64,000 nt of DNA from Candidatus Woesearchaeota archaeon. GTDB taxonomy: Archaea; Nanobdellota; Nanobdellia; SCGC-AAA011-G17; JACPIM01. Positions 1-9,900 of the stretch are shown one piece after another. The notes under the pieces were generated by a model, which did not search any database, was not told the DNA's origin, and saw only the letters and a list, made by a program, of their open reading frames with translations. The DNA lies in contig CAYSNL010000001.1 in assembly GCA_964432435.1 (NCBI GenBank), positions 10,511 to 74,510 on the forward strand, written 5' to 3'. How positions within the stretch are numbered: position 1 is the first letter of the stretch; each line of letters opens with the position of its first letter. Position numbers and translations under genes: made by a program.

Positions 1-363
1 CTGCTAAATACAGTGCAAAGATACCTTGGCCAAGAGGAGTATCAAGTTGGTGTCGGGAATGAGAGAACATATCCAGGCACCAGGACTGGATTGGTGTTGG
101 CAACCTATCAAATGGTACCAATACTAACTGAGGTTGATTGTCCAGTTAGTGTATCTACAGCTGATGTGGTGCTAGGCAGGAACATGTATGTGCTAGATAC
201 AGACTACATTGAGATAGCAATAGCGCAGCCTACACAGTATATAGAGAATAAAGACTACTTCGCAGCAAATGCTCTAGTGGTTAGAGGTCTATTGACCACA
301 GCAGGTGAGATGAGGGTTAGGAATATCTGGACACAGGGCAAGATAGCAGACCTTTCTGCATAA
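1..363 (+). CDS. C-terminal fragment of a virion structural protein (possibly major capsid protein); ORF is open to the left window edge
   Basis: Frame 1 has no stop between position 1 and the GTG at 13. Strong hairpin terminator lies immediately downstream, as expected for a highly expressed capsid gene. Product assignment is weak. Confidence 0.5.
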   Translation: MLNTVQRYLGQEEYQVGVGNERTYPGTRTGLVLATYQMVPILTEVDCPVSVSTADVVLGRNMYVLDTDYIEIAIAQPTQYIENKDYFAANALVVRGLLTTAGEMRVRNIWTQGKIADLSA

Positions 364-383
364 GAGAATAAATGCCTGAACAT

Positions 384-450
384 AGGGAGGAAGTAGAAAA
401 TAATTCATAATTTTCTAGATACTACTTCCTCCCTGGTGTTGTTTAATTTA
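384..450 (+). terminator. Intrinsic (rho-independent) terminator-like hairpin
   Basis: 13-nt perfect inverted repeat AGGGAGGAAGTAG (384-396) / CTACTTCCTCCCT (422-434) with additional inner pairing GAAAAT/ATTTTC, followed by U-rich tract GGTGTTGTTTAATTT. Confidence 0.5.
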
Positions 451-465
451 GAGGAAATGTAAAAT

Positions 466-867
466 ATGCCACTGACATTAACAGAAAGAAGACGGGGAAT
501 ATTAGGAGACATTAGGTATGCCACCTATGATGTGGCATTCGATACTTTGTATGCAGCTGGGGGAGAGCCACTGACAGCCGCAAATGTTCAAATGGAATCA
601 ATCTTGCTATTGAAGGCTGATGCCCCAGCAGGATACATCATAGCTTATGATTATACAAATGCTACTTTGAGGGCGTATAGAATCAATGTAGTAGCTGGGA
701 CAGGGACTCAAGGAGTAGATGTAGACTTGATGAAGAGTGGGACCAGCACACTAGAAGTAACTGGAGATGGCACAGCCTTCCAGGTTGCTCTTGGGGAAGT
801 TACGACTAATGCTGATATGTCAACCGACTTAGCCAGCGTGAGAGTTCTTGTGTTCGGTAATTCATAA
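466..867 (+). CDS. Hypothetical virion protein, tandem paralog A (133 aa)
   Basis: ORF with upstream GGAGG-like RBS. About 65% identical to the adjacent 892-1290 product (MPLTLTERRRGI...AFQVALGEVT...LVFGN). Confidence 0.6.
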   Translation: MPLTLTERRRGILGDIRYATYDVAFDTLYAAGGEPLTAANVQMESILLLKADAPAGYIIAYDYTNATLRAYRINVVAGTGTQGVDVDLMKSGTSTLEVTGDGTAFQVALGEVTTNADMSTDLASVRVLVFGNS

Positions 868-891
868 AATATCGGGGAGGTTATTAAACTT

Positions 892-1290
892 ATGCCATTG
901 ACTTTAACAGAAAGACGAAGGGGAATTGCAGGAGACATGCGTTACGCTGTCTATACAGTAGCATTTGACGCTTCCTATGCTTCAGGAGGAGAACCGTTAA
1001 CTCCTGCCACACTGGGATTTGATATAGTTCATTTATTGGAGGCTGATGCTCCAGCGGGCTATAAAGTAGCCTATGATTATACAAACAGAACATTAAGAGC
1101 ATATAGAATTGATGTTGTAGCAGGTGCAGGGGTAGCTGATGGAAATAACACTCTCATTAAGAGTGCCACAAGCACCTTAGAGGTAGCAGGCACTGGCACA
1201 GCGTTTCAAGTAGCCCTAGGAGAAGTTACAGCAACAAATGATATGTCTACAGATTTGGCAGCTGTTAGACTTCTAGTATTTGGAAATTAA
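892..1290 (+). CDS. Hypothetical virion protein, tandem paralog B (132 aa)
   Basis: Paralog of 466-867 with GGGGAGG RBS upstream. Possible decoration or minor structural protein (inference only). Confidence 0.6.
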   Translation: MPLTLTERRRGIAGDMRYAVYTVAFDASYASGGEPLTPATLGFDIVHLLEADAPAGYKVAYDYTNRTLRAYRIDVVAGAGVADGNNTLIKSATSTLEVAGTGTAFQVALGEVTATNDMSTDLAAVRLLVFGN

Positions 1291-1422
1291 AAGTGAAGTT
1301 AAGCTGGTATTTGGATAGGCTAAATACCGAACTAGACCTAATAGAGAAAATGCCTTCTATAAATGATGCTAAGAATTTAGAAGGAAACTTAGGAAGTTTA
1401 TTTCCAACTCTTTTGAAATTTA

Positions 1423-1746
1423 ATGCCTAGACAATATGTTGATCCTGGCACTGCTATGCAGCCATATCCACGCCATCGTGGATTTAATTATACGACAACT
1501 GCTGATACTGCCCAAAATGCTACAACTCTTGGTAGCTCGATGTCTGAAGGGAATAAAGTATCCCTAATTGTAGAGCTCGCTGATCTATATGTAGAGTTTG
1601 ATGCAGATGCTTCTACTACAACAATGTTAATACCAGCAGGCAGCGGATATTTCGATGATGGAATTGTAATAGAGACGCGAATAAGTGTTAGAAATGTAAC
1701 AGCAGGACAGAATGGCAGACTTAGGGGAATAATTTGGGGACGCTAA
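1423..1746 (+). CDS. Hypothetical protein
   Basis: ORF in co-directional gene array; no recognisable motifs. Confidence 0.4.
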   Translation: MPRQYVDPGTAMQPYPRHRGFNYTTTADTAQNATTLGSSMSEGNKVSLIVELADLYVEFDADASTTTMLIPAGSGYFDDGIVIETRISVRNVTAGQNGRLRGIIWGR

Positions 1747-2177
1747 AGTTAGAGGAGAAAATGAAAAAACAAAAGTTAGAGAGCTTAAGCCCAGTTAAAA
1801 AGTCTCGAATTAGGACTACGTCTGGTCCAGCAGAGATAATGCTGCCGGAAGATCCGCCAGTCTTTGTAATAGAGGAAGAGGAGATAGAAGACAAGGGCAA
1901 AATAGCTATATTGATGACAGCCCGTCAGTGTGAATGCGACAATAATGAAAAATGCTCTTGCGAGGAAGAAAAACAAGCGTGTAGCTGCAAAGACTACGAG
2001 GGGCAAGATTTTAATTGCCTAGTTCATGAGGCTAAAGTTGAATGCCCTGTATGCCATACAATAGACACAGAAATATTTATTCCGAATCACCTGCCACCGT
2101 TTAACCACTATCGATGCAGGATTTGCGGCATGTTCTACCAGAGAAATATGGTTGATGGTATGTATATAAGGTACTAA
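1734..2177 (+). CDS. Cys-rich (probable zinc-binding) protein
   Basis: Multiple CxC / CxxC pairs (CECDNNEKCSC, CPVCH, CRICG). Confidence 0.5.
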   Translation: MGTLKLEEKMKKQKLESLSPVKKSRIRTTSGPAEIMLPEDPPVFVIEEEEIEDKGKIAILMTARQCECDNNEKCSCEEEKQACSCKDYEGQDFNCLVHEAKVECPVCHTIDTEIFIPNHLPPFNHYRCRICGMFYQRNMVDGMYIRY

Positions 2178-2179
2178 AA

Positions 2180-2371
2180 ATGCCTAATAGACAGAAATAC
2201 CTGAAAGAAGAAAAATTTGACAATTTTGTTAACAATCATTTTTCTCATTTGGTGAAAAGAGTGGATGGGTTAGACAAGAAAACATGGGCTTCTATGGGGA
2301 TGCAAACATTAGTCGTTGCCTTGATCTTATTCTCCTTGAAATTGATTTTCGATTTAGCTCTAAAGGGGTAA
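2180..2371 (+). CDS. Small protein with C-terminal hydrophobic helix
   Basis: 63-aa ORF; hydrophobic segment LVVALILFSLKLIF. Confidence 0.3.
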   Translation: MPNRQKYLKEEKFDNFVNNHFSHLVKRVDGLDKKTWASMGMQTLVVALILFSLKLIFDLALKG

Positions 2372-2375
2372 AAAT

Positions 2376-3317
2376 ATGACTTGGAGTATTTGGCCATATC
2401 AATGGGAAGGTTGGGAAAGAGACCCAAGCACTAGAATTAACACAATGTTATGGACTGACTGGGCTCCAGTTGATGTGACATTAACTACTCCTGGCACTGC
2501 TCAGAGTCTATATACCATAGCCCCTAAAATACCTGCTGTTAACTTAATAACTAATCCATCGATGGAAACTGGCACTCCTCCCACTGGATTTACATTGAGT
2601 GGCTCTACTCTGGCCCAGAGCGCAACCGTAGCTAGGTCAGGAACTAACTCATTGAGAATAACGCCAGACAATGCCGCTGCTGGAGAAGGAGCCTATTGGA
2701 CAACGCAGTCTCTTGCAGGTGCTGGGCCGGACAGAGAAGTGTTTTTGGTAGCTAGTGGGTATTTTAATGATAATGCCGGTTCTGGTAATGGAGTTCGGGT
2801 CATTATTGCTAATACCTCTGGTGTAGCATTAGCTACAGGGAATACAGTAACACTAGCAGCTAACTGGACTGGTAGGTCAACAGCCGCATTTAGGTTAACG
2901 GGAGTAACGGCTGCCCAATACAGAATTTATTTTGTAACAGCAACACAGTTTGCAACAGTGTTTTATGTAGATGATGTACAAGTAGAACTATTAGAACAAA
3001 ATACAGCGACAGACTATTGTGATGGGGCTCAAGGCATAGATTATGAATGGGAAGGCACCGCCCATGCCAGCAGGAGTCGCAGGCATAGAGGTATCGTAGC
3101 AGTGAGAGGCTATAATTTATATACAACAAGAAATGTGTATATATCCTATGACCAGACAGCAAGCACTACTACTGGCAGGAGAGTATTGGCAGGCACTGAT
3201 TTTTGGAATGATCATCCTATGAATATTAAAAATAGGATTAGCATTATAAATGAATTATCAGGCGAGCAGCCTCGAGTGTTCGGGGAAGTGCTAGGAGTTC
3301 ATTTTGGTAGAATGTAA
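2376..3317 (+). CDS. Virion structural protein with jelly-roll / carbohydrate-binding-like composition
   Basis: 313 aa, Thr/Ser/Gly/Ala-rich, located within structural block; no specific motif. Confidence 0.55.
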   Translation: MTWSIWPYQWEGWERDPSTRINTMLWTDWAPVDVTLTTPGTAQSLYTIAPKIPAVNLITNPSMETGTPPTGFTLSGSTLAQSATVARSGTNSLRITPDNAAAGEGAYWTTQSLAGAGPDREVFLVASGYFNDNAGSGNGVRVIIANTSGVALATGNTVTLAANWTGRSTAAFRLTGVTAAQYRIYFVTATQFATVFYVDDVQVELLEQNTATDYCDGAQGIDYEWEGTAHASRSRRHRGIVAVRGYNLYTTRNVYISYDQTASTTTGRRVLAGTDFWNDHPMNIKNRISIINELSGEQPRVFGEVLGVHFGRM

Positions 3318-3444
3318 TAAATGAACGACATCAAGGGAATCAAACGAGACAAAAAGAAAGCTAATTCTAGAAAAATGAAAGTAACCGGGATTGGGAATAG
3401 ATTGATACAAAGTATTATAAATAATAAATCAAAGAAGGCTAGAG

Positions 3445-3924
3445 ATGCTAATTGATTTTACCCTAAATGAACTCTTGTTTATTGATGATGAATTAACTGC
3501 GTATGATTCTCATTCAGAAGAAATCGTTACTATGAGAATGCCGAATGCAAATCCAGCAACTATTGGGGCTCATTTGGAAACGATTAGAAAGATAGGAGGG
3601 GCGATATTAGAAGCATTTGACAGAAAAACAAATGTAAGTGTAGATTTAGAGTTTTATGAAGTATTGATTATTAGAGAACTGGCAAGGTCAACCAAAACAA
3701 TGGGGGACGAGACTGTAGGATTGAATTTGAAAAGGAAGGTCTATCAAGCATTGCAGCGTATTGAAGCTGAGGAAATGATCCCACTGGAGTTAAGCTACGA
3801 TAATGGGGAAGAGATAATAATGGACAAAACTGCAATACAAGAAAAAATGACTGCTTTCCAGGAGGAGCAGAATAATGCCAGAAACAAAAACACCCGTAAA
3901 AACAAAACCAGTAATAAATCCTAG
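3445..3924 (+). CDS. Hypothetical protein
   Basis: 159-aa ORF, acidic, co-directional. Confidence 0.5.
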   Translation: MLIDFTLNELLFIDDELTAYDSHSEEIVTMRMPNANPATIGAHLETIRKIGGAILEAFDRKTNVSVDLEFYEVLIIRELARSTKTMGDETVGLNLKRKVYQALQRIEAEEMIPLELSYDNGEEIIMDKTAIQEKMTAFQEEQNNARNKNTRKNKTSNKS

Positions 3925-4015
3925 CCCTGAGCCAGTTAGAAGATATGATCCTATCCCAGACCATTGCCCAAGTCAAATTGAGAGAACAATTAGAAGAATT
4001 AGACAAATATAAAGA

Positions 4016-4534
4016 ATGTTTGGATGTTTTAGGGGGCTCTTAAATTCAATGACATATGAAAATATGACAATTGATCAAATTTTTCAATTTGTCTATTACC
4101 GTAGAGAAAAATCTCAGGCCCAGGCTTGGGTAGAGGCCGAGAATGATTTCGCTGTTCGAGCAATAATAGGCAAATGGTTCAAGTATTTAGAAGAAGGGAT
4201 AGCTAATGATAGGTATCCAGATCCTCTAAATACTACAATTAGTCAAGAGCGGGCTGATAAGCTTATAGAAGAATTAGATGCTGATTTTATGATTGAGTCT
4301 GGAAGATTTGCAAATCTTGGAGTAGAGACTGGCCCAGAATTTTTTAGGCTAGAGCCTTATGCTAAACGAGCCTTTGCCCAAGATATTTGGTCTGTAATGA
4401 AGACAGATAAGGACATTGAGATGGAAACTGTGCAACGCCTAAATGCAGGGGAAGAGTTGCCTCCCAAACAATTCCAGTATGAAAATAGTTTTGAAGAGGA
4501 TTATGTGATTGGGCTTAGAGGGATGGAGATTTAA
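4016..4534 (+). CDS. Hypothetical protein
   Basis: 172-aa ORF; its stop overlaps the next gene start (translational coupling). Confidence 0.5.
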   Translation: MFGCFRGLLNSMTYENMTIDQIFQFVYYRREKSQAQAWVEAENDFAVRAIIGKWFKYLEEGIANDRYPDPLNTTISQERADKLIEELDADFMIESGRFANLGVETGPEFFRLEPYAKRAFAQDIWSVMKTDKDIEMETVQRLNAGEELPPKQFQYENSFEEDYVIGLRGMEI

Positions 4535-6035
4535 AATGCCTGCTAAAGTTGAAGAAATAAAAAATGCTTTAATGCAAGACCCTGATTTCAAGCCTCAAGA
4601 AGGCAGAACGAAAGAAGAAAGTGCTTGGGCTGTCGCCTGGTCAAAATTCAAAAATATGAAGAAAAATGCTGAAGTATTGTCTATGCAGGGGGCATTGGCA
4701 AAACAAGAGGATAGCGATGAATCTTCTAATCCATTTATAAATCCCCCTTGGAAAAATGCCGATATAGAAGATGCAGTAGCTCAATATCAGGATTTGCTTG
4801 GAGTAAAGAATCCTGAAGAAGCATATGAGCATGTAAAGAATGACAACCCTAATTTAGAAGACGAAGGACAAAAATGCTGGTTCTGGATAGGGATAAAGTC
4901 AAATGGTCTTCCGACGCCATCTGGAGAAGCTCATGAACAAATGGAGAAATTACTAATGAGTCTATTTGAAACTCTACACAAACAATACTCAGCACCAGAA
5001 AATGATGAGAATGAAGCTGCTGATATACCAAAGCCAAAGCCTAATGAAATGGAAGAAGACAGACACCAAATGCTTGATAAGGCCATTGAAGGATTTCAGA
5101 ATATCCTGAAGGCCAAAACCAAACGTCCAATAATACATCAAGAATCCTCTCCAGGAGTTTTTTTTCCAGGGAGAATGAAACTAAGCGGACAGAAAAGATT
5201 TAATCAAAAATATGGTCGTTGGCCAAAAACAATAAGAAAACAAGATCCTTGGCAAGGAGAAACAGGCCCAAAGAAATCAGGGATGGGCGATGCTAAGTTC
5301 CCAGATTATGCTAAAAAAGACAATCCTGGATATATAGGAAAACATAGAACTGCTGTCCCTCACTTGCATGGAAAACCTGGACAAGCAGGAAGTAATTGGA
5401 AGCCATATTTGAAGGAAAACCTTGATTTAGAAAAGAAGGATAAAGATAAAAAGAAGAAACTAAGTGAATATACAGGATTAATGGTTAGGAAAGAAGAATC
5501 TCCTGCATTAGATTTGTTTGCTAATTTTATGCAAAAAGAATATGGAGTAGATATTGAAAAGAAGGCTATAACTATAAATACTAAACTAGGCTCAGGAAAA
5601 CCTGTGAAAATTAAAGTAGACTCAGTATATGGAAGGCCTTCAGGCGGATATATGCATCCACGATCAGCAGACAAAGGCGGAGCTTTCTTTGTGCCAGTAA
5701 AGAAAGAAGACGAAGTAGAGATTGAAAAGGAGCTGCCTAAACCCTTAAAAGGTCAAAAAATTGTTAGACCAGATAAAATAATTACTGTGCCTAAACCTTG
5801 GAAGCCTTTTATGAAAGGTGGGGCAGGCAGTGGTCGTCATGCTTCGAGAAAAACTATGAGAGTCAGAGCTAAATTCAAGCCTCATACTACTGCATTAAAG
5901 GCAGCAATAGCAGGATATGGCAAAAGTAGAAAGCCCTCAGACTATGCAAAGATAGTGGCAGCATTCAGAGAAAAAGATGTTGCTAGAGCAAAAGTAAAGC
6001 CTTGGTGGCAGGGAATGAGACATCCTATGGATTAA
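4509..6035 (+). CDS. Highly charged Lys-rich protein (possible internal virion / DNA-associated protein)
   Basis: 508 aa with KKDKDKKKK tract and many K/E runs; function inferred only from composition and position. Confidence 0.55.
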   Translation: MGLEGWRFKMPAKVEEIKNALMQDPDFKPQEGRTKEESAWAVAWSKFKNMKKNAEVLSMQGALAKQEDSDESSNPFINPPWKNADIEDAVAQYQDLLGVKNPEEAYEHVKNDNPNLEDEGQKCWFWIGIKSNGLPTPSGEAHEQMEKLLMSLFETLHKQYSAPENDENEAADIPKPKPNEMEEDRHQMLDKAIEGFQNILKAKTKRPIIHQESSPGVFFPGRMKLSGQKRFNQKYGRWPKTIRKQDPWQGETGPKKSGMGDAKFPDYAKKDNPGYIGKHRTAVPHLHGKPGQAGSNWKPYLKENLDLEKKDKDKKKKLSEYTGLMVRKEESPALDLFANFMQKEYGVDIEKKAITINTKLGSGKPVKIKVDSVYGRPSGGYMHPRSADKGGAFFVPVKKEDEVEIEKELPKPLKGQKIVRPDKIITVPKPWKPFMKGGAGSGRHASRKTMRVRAKFKPHTTALKAAIAGYGKSRKPSDYAKIVAAFREKDVARAKVKPWWQGMRHPMD

Positions 6036-6048
6036 TGGGAGAGGATAT

Positions 6049-6588
6049 ATGTCATATGAGTTAGCAGCAGTTGACCCTACAATATTAAATGTAGTTTTTG
6101 GCTTAGTGGCATATCTATTTGTGCAGCTATCAAAGAGTAATAATTGGCGCAAAGCTATGCAATATGTCTATCCTATTGGTATTGCTGTATTTGCAGGGGC
6201 TGCGAAAGGAATGGGAATAGACGCCAAAGTAGAAATAAATGATGTTTTAGGAGTCTTGGGCTCTTCGCAATTAATTTGGGCAGCGGGCAAAATGACTGGT
6301 ATTGGAGAGGCATTGAAGAAAGACGGGATATCTCAAGTAGCAGATTTCTTTAGAAAGTTAGCTAATGATTATTCTACAGATTCTGAGCCAGTAAAAATAT
6401 TTGATCCAAATGGTGTAAATACTGAAGCCTTAGAAAAAGCCAGAAATGAAGTAAATGCAATAAAGTTCTTGTTTGATGGAAAGGCTATAACATTAGAGCA
6501 AGCTAGAGAAATGAAGAAAGCTTGGAATATAAAATACCCTGACCTGGCAATGGTAATGAAGCTACCTGATATAGAAGGCGTTGTATAA
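6049..6588 (+). CDS. Putative membrane protein
   Basis: Two or three hydrophobic helices at N-terminus (VVFGLVAYLFV, IGIAVFAGAA). Confidence 0.5.
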   Translation: MSYELAAVDPTILNVVFGLVAYLFVQLSKSNNWRKAMQYVYPIGIAVFAGAAKGMGIDAKVEINDVLGVLGSSQLIWAAGKMTGIGEALKKDGISQVADFFRKLANDYSTDSEPVKIFDPNGVNTEALEKARNEVNAIKFLFDGKAITLEQAREMKKAWNIKYPDLAMVMKLPDIEGVV

Positions 6589-6594
6589 AGCAAA

Positions 6595-6966
6595 ATGCAA
6601 GTAGAAAAAGTTAAGATAATAGAAAATAAATCATTAGTTACAAAATGTGATTTTTGCTTTGAAGAAAATCAGACAATGGATAAATGTGACTTATGTAGCA
6701 AGGATTTTTGCTGGCAACATGGTAAAGTTTATGCAAGAAAGAGTTATCAAATAACCCCTACACCGATATATACACCTAATACTACATGGGCTCCTCTTCC
6801 TACATGGCAACTTACTGGTGGGTGGTTTGAGAAAACTGATACTTGCTCTGGAACTAGCTCGGTTATAATCAACTATTTTGCTGAAGCCATAATCCTAAAA
6901 CTATGCCAAGAATGCAGAAAACCAGAGTACGACAAAATTCTGGAAATTATTATAGGAAGATCTTAA
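6595..6966 (+). CDS. Cys-rich zinc-finger-like protein
   Basis: CDFCF...CDLCSKDFC and C-terminal CQEC. Confidence 0.45.
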   Translation: MQVEKVKIIENKSLVTKCDFCFEENQTMDKCDLCSKDFCWQHGKVYARKSYQITPTPIYTPNTTWAPLPTWQLTGGWFEKTDTCSGTSSVIINYFAEAIILKLCQECRKPEYDKILEIIIGRS

Positions 6967-6990
6967 ATTTCTAGAGAGATAAAATAACGT

Positions 6991-9900
6991 ATGGGTACAA
7001 TTAGCTGGAAGACAATATTTTTTCCGCAGTTTGAGCCTGGGGGACTACATGCAGTAAACACAGGCGTAAATTCCAGGTCATTAGATGATTTCGAGAGTTA
7101 TACATCCGATGGTGCCTTGCAGGCTATATGGTCTGTTACTGGTGGGGCAGGGGCAGTCACTAGAACAACTGCTGCTAATGCTCTTCAAGGTCAGCAATCC
7201 CTCCAGACAGTTGTAGCTGGCGCTACTGGTACTATCAATAGAGCTATAAATAATAATATATTTGCCTTCCCAGCTGGTGGTAGAATCCGTTATGTATCCT
7301 TTCGGGGAATTGTAACAACTGGAACCAGCGCTATTCGCATTAGGCTTTCTGATGCTTCAGATGCTACATTATATAAAGAATGGGCCTTTACTTTAGGCAC
7401 AGATGTAACCAGAGAGCACGTCGTAGATTTATATTCAGCAGCCGCTGGGTACCAAAATCAGGAAGGGTATCCTGGCCCAATAGCTGAGGGAGCTACTGCG
7501 TGGAATCCTCTCTTAATAGACCGAATAGAGTTTAGGAATTTAGCTGACGGCTCTACATATAGATTTGATGACATTAGATTCTATTATCAATATAGCCTGT
7601 TAGATGCGATTGGCTTCGGCACCGAGCCTGCCACCGATGACGGTGCTGATGGAAGCCTGAATTCAAAAATAAGATACTTAAACAACATAGTCTTACAGCT
7701 CATAGGTTCTACGGATGAGTACAACAAATATGGGCCTGCTGAAGTTAGATTAAATAACTCATACACTTGGGGGCTAGAACTAAAAGGGATGGCCGAACAA
7801 GGCATCCCTACTACTACAGAAATAACTCCAGGCAATTATACAATTGACAGAGTTAGAAATGGTACTACTACTAACATCGTGGCATCAACAGGGGCCACTG
7901 AGGCTGCTGGTTTTATATCAGCAACTTATACTCCTTTAGAAGATAACTGGGTATTGGGGGACGAAATAGTTGTTACCTTTAGCGGAGGTAGAGTAGACAG
8001 TGATACTGATACTGCTGTTACGCCTACTGCTAACATAGGTCTTGGTGCTACGACTATTGCATTAGCAAATGCTGCATTATTCCAAGCAGGGCAAAGAATT
8101 AGAATCTATGATGATTTGACTACAGAATATAACACAGTAGCAAGCGTTGACTCCCCAACTCAGATTACTGTTACTGCTACGGCTAATGCTTATACGGCTG
8201 CTAATAACTTTAGAGTTGTCCTTGTAGAAAGAAATGATCTTCAAACAGCTAGATTTGCAGGTAATGTATCGCATCAACCAGAAATTACTGCTGAATTAGA
8301 AAGATGGGTATTAGCTGATTATGATGACTTTGATTTTGCAGATGCCGATGGCAACAATGAGAGATGGGACACTGGATATATAGCTAACACTGACGGTAGC
8401 GCAGCAGGGGCAGAAGGTGGCACTGCTGACATTAACACTTCTGTTGCTGGACAGGCTAGAGTTAGGGTTGATCCAGATGCGACTCCAACCAGGTCTGCAT
8501 ATGCTATAAAAAGAGACGAGACATTCCGAAGCAGATATTATAGTGTAATGGTAGATGCTGATGTAACACTAAATACTACAGAAGCTACAGCTACATATGC
8601 AGGATTGAGAATATCTGCTGGTGATGTTGATGACCCCGCTAACTACATAATAATAACTAGAGAAGCATCCAGTGGGTTTAATAGAATTTCAGCCCATGCT
8701 GAATTTAATAACATCGCACAAACTGATGTTAATTTTAGCACTACTGATAATGCCGTAGCTTTCAAAATAGAACGCTATGGTAATGTCTGGAATCTATTCT
8801 ACAGCCTGACTCAATACCCGAACTGGGTATGGACCAAACTAACTCAATATGAAGATGCCAATGGGGATATGACATCTGTCACCAGCGCTTATTTATATGC
8901 AGAAAGCGTTGGGACCACCGATACTCAAATTGCCACTGGTGACTTTGACAATTGGAAATATTATATTGGCTCTGGTGCGATTGACCAGATTCTTTCTACA
9001 TTAGTTCTAGCTACTGGTACTTTTACTACCTCATCTGCAACAGTCCCAGCTGACACAGGAAGACTAGAGGGAGACAACTATTGGAATGGCACATTAATAA
9101 TACCTACTAATGGAGTGGCTGCATTCCAGCCAAGAACAATTGTTGCATTTGCTAATGCTGGTGGTGTATTCACAATTGACCCAGAAGCAGTATTTACAGT
9201 TGCCCCAGCAGTTGGCGACGAATATGCTATTGTAGCCTACCAATATCCATTAGAGCCAGGCACAGATGCAACAAGTAATTCTGCAAGTGCCCATGTGGTT
9301 GGAAGCAAGGCAGATACAGCCCAGTATGATGGGACTAGCACAAATAGTTCTCTCGTTAGACTATTACGGGCAGTGCATAGGGGAGAAATATTAGCTAGCG
9401 GGACATTAACTTTATCAGATACCACCAATCCTGCTGATGCTGGGCGAACAGAAGCAGATAATTATTGGAATGGTAGCTGGTTAATGACTACAGCAGGGGC
9501 AGTAGCGTTCCAGCCCAGGCTAATAACAGACTTCCAGAATGCTACAGGGACTTTCAACCTTGACAGCCAGCAGCCATTTACTGCTGCCCCAGGCTTAGTA
9601 GCATATGTTATATTGGCCCCAAATAGTCAACTTGTTCCTACTGCTGATGCTGCTACTAATACTACTCCAGCCCATGTCATTGGCAATAAGTCTGACGCTG
9701 CTAGTGTTACCGCAGGGTCTGCTTCTATTATTGCTAGATTAAGGGCAATAGAAGCTGCTTTGTCTGTCAATACTTCTGCTGGTGGAGAATTTGAGTTAGA
9801 TGGCACTCCAGATTTGTGGGACGCATTAGTAACAGATAGTTCTGCTCAAGCTGACATCACAACATTGACTGGTAATAGAGATGCTGCTGTAATACAAAGA

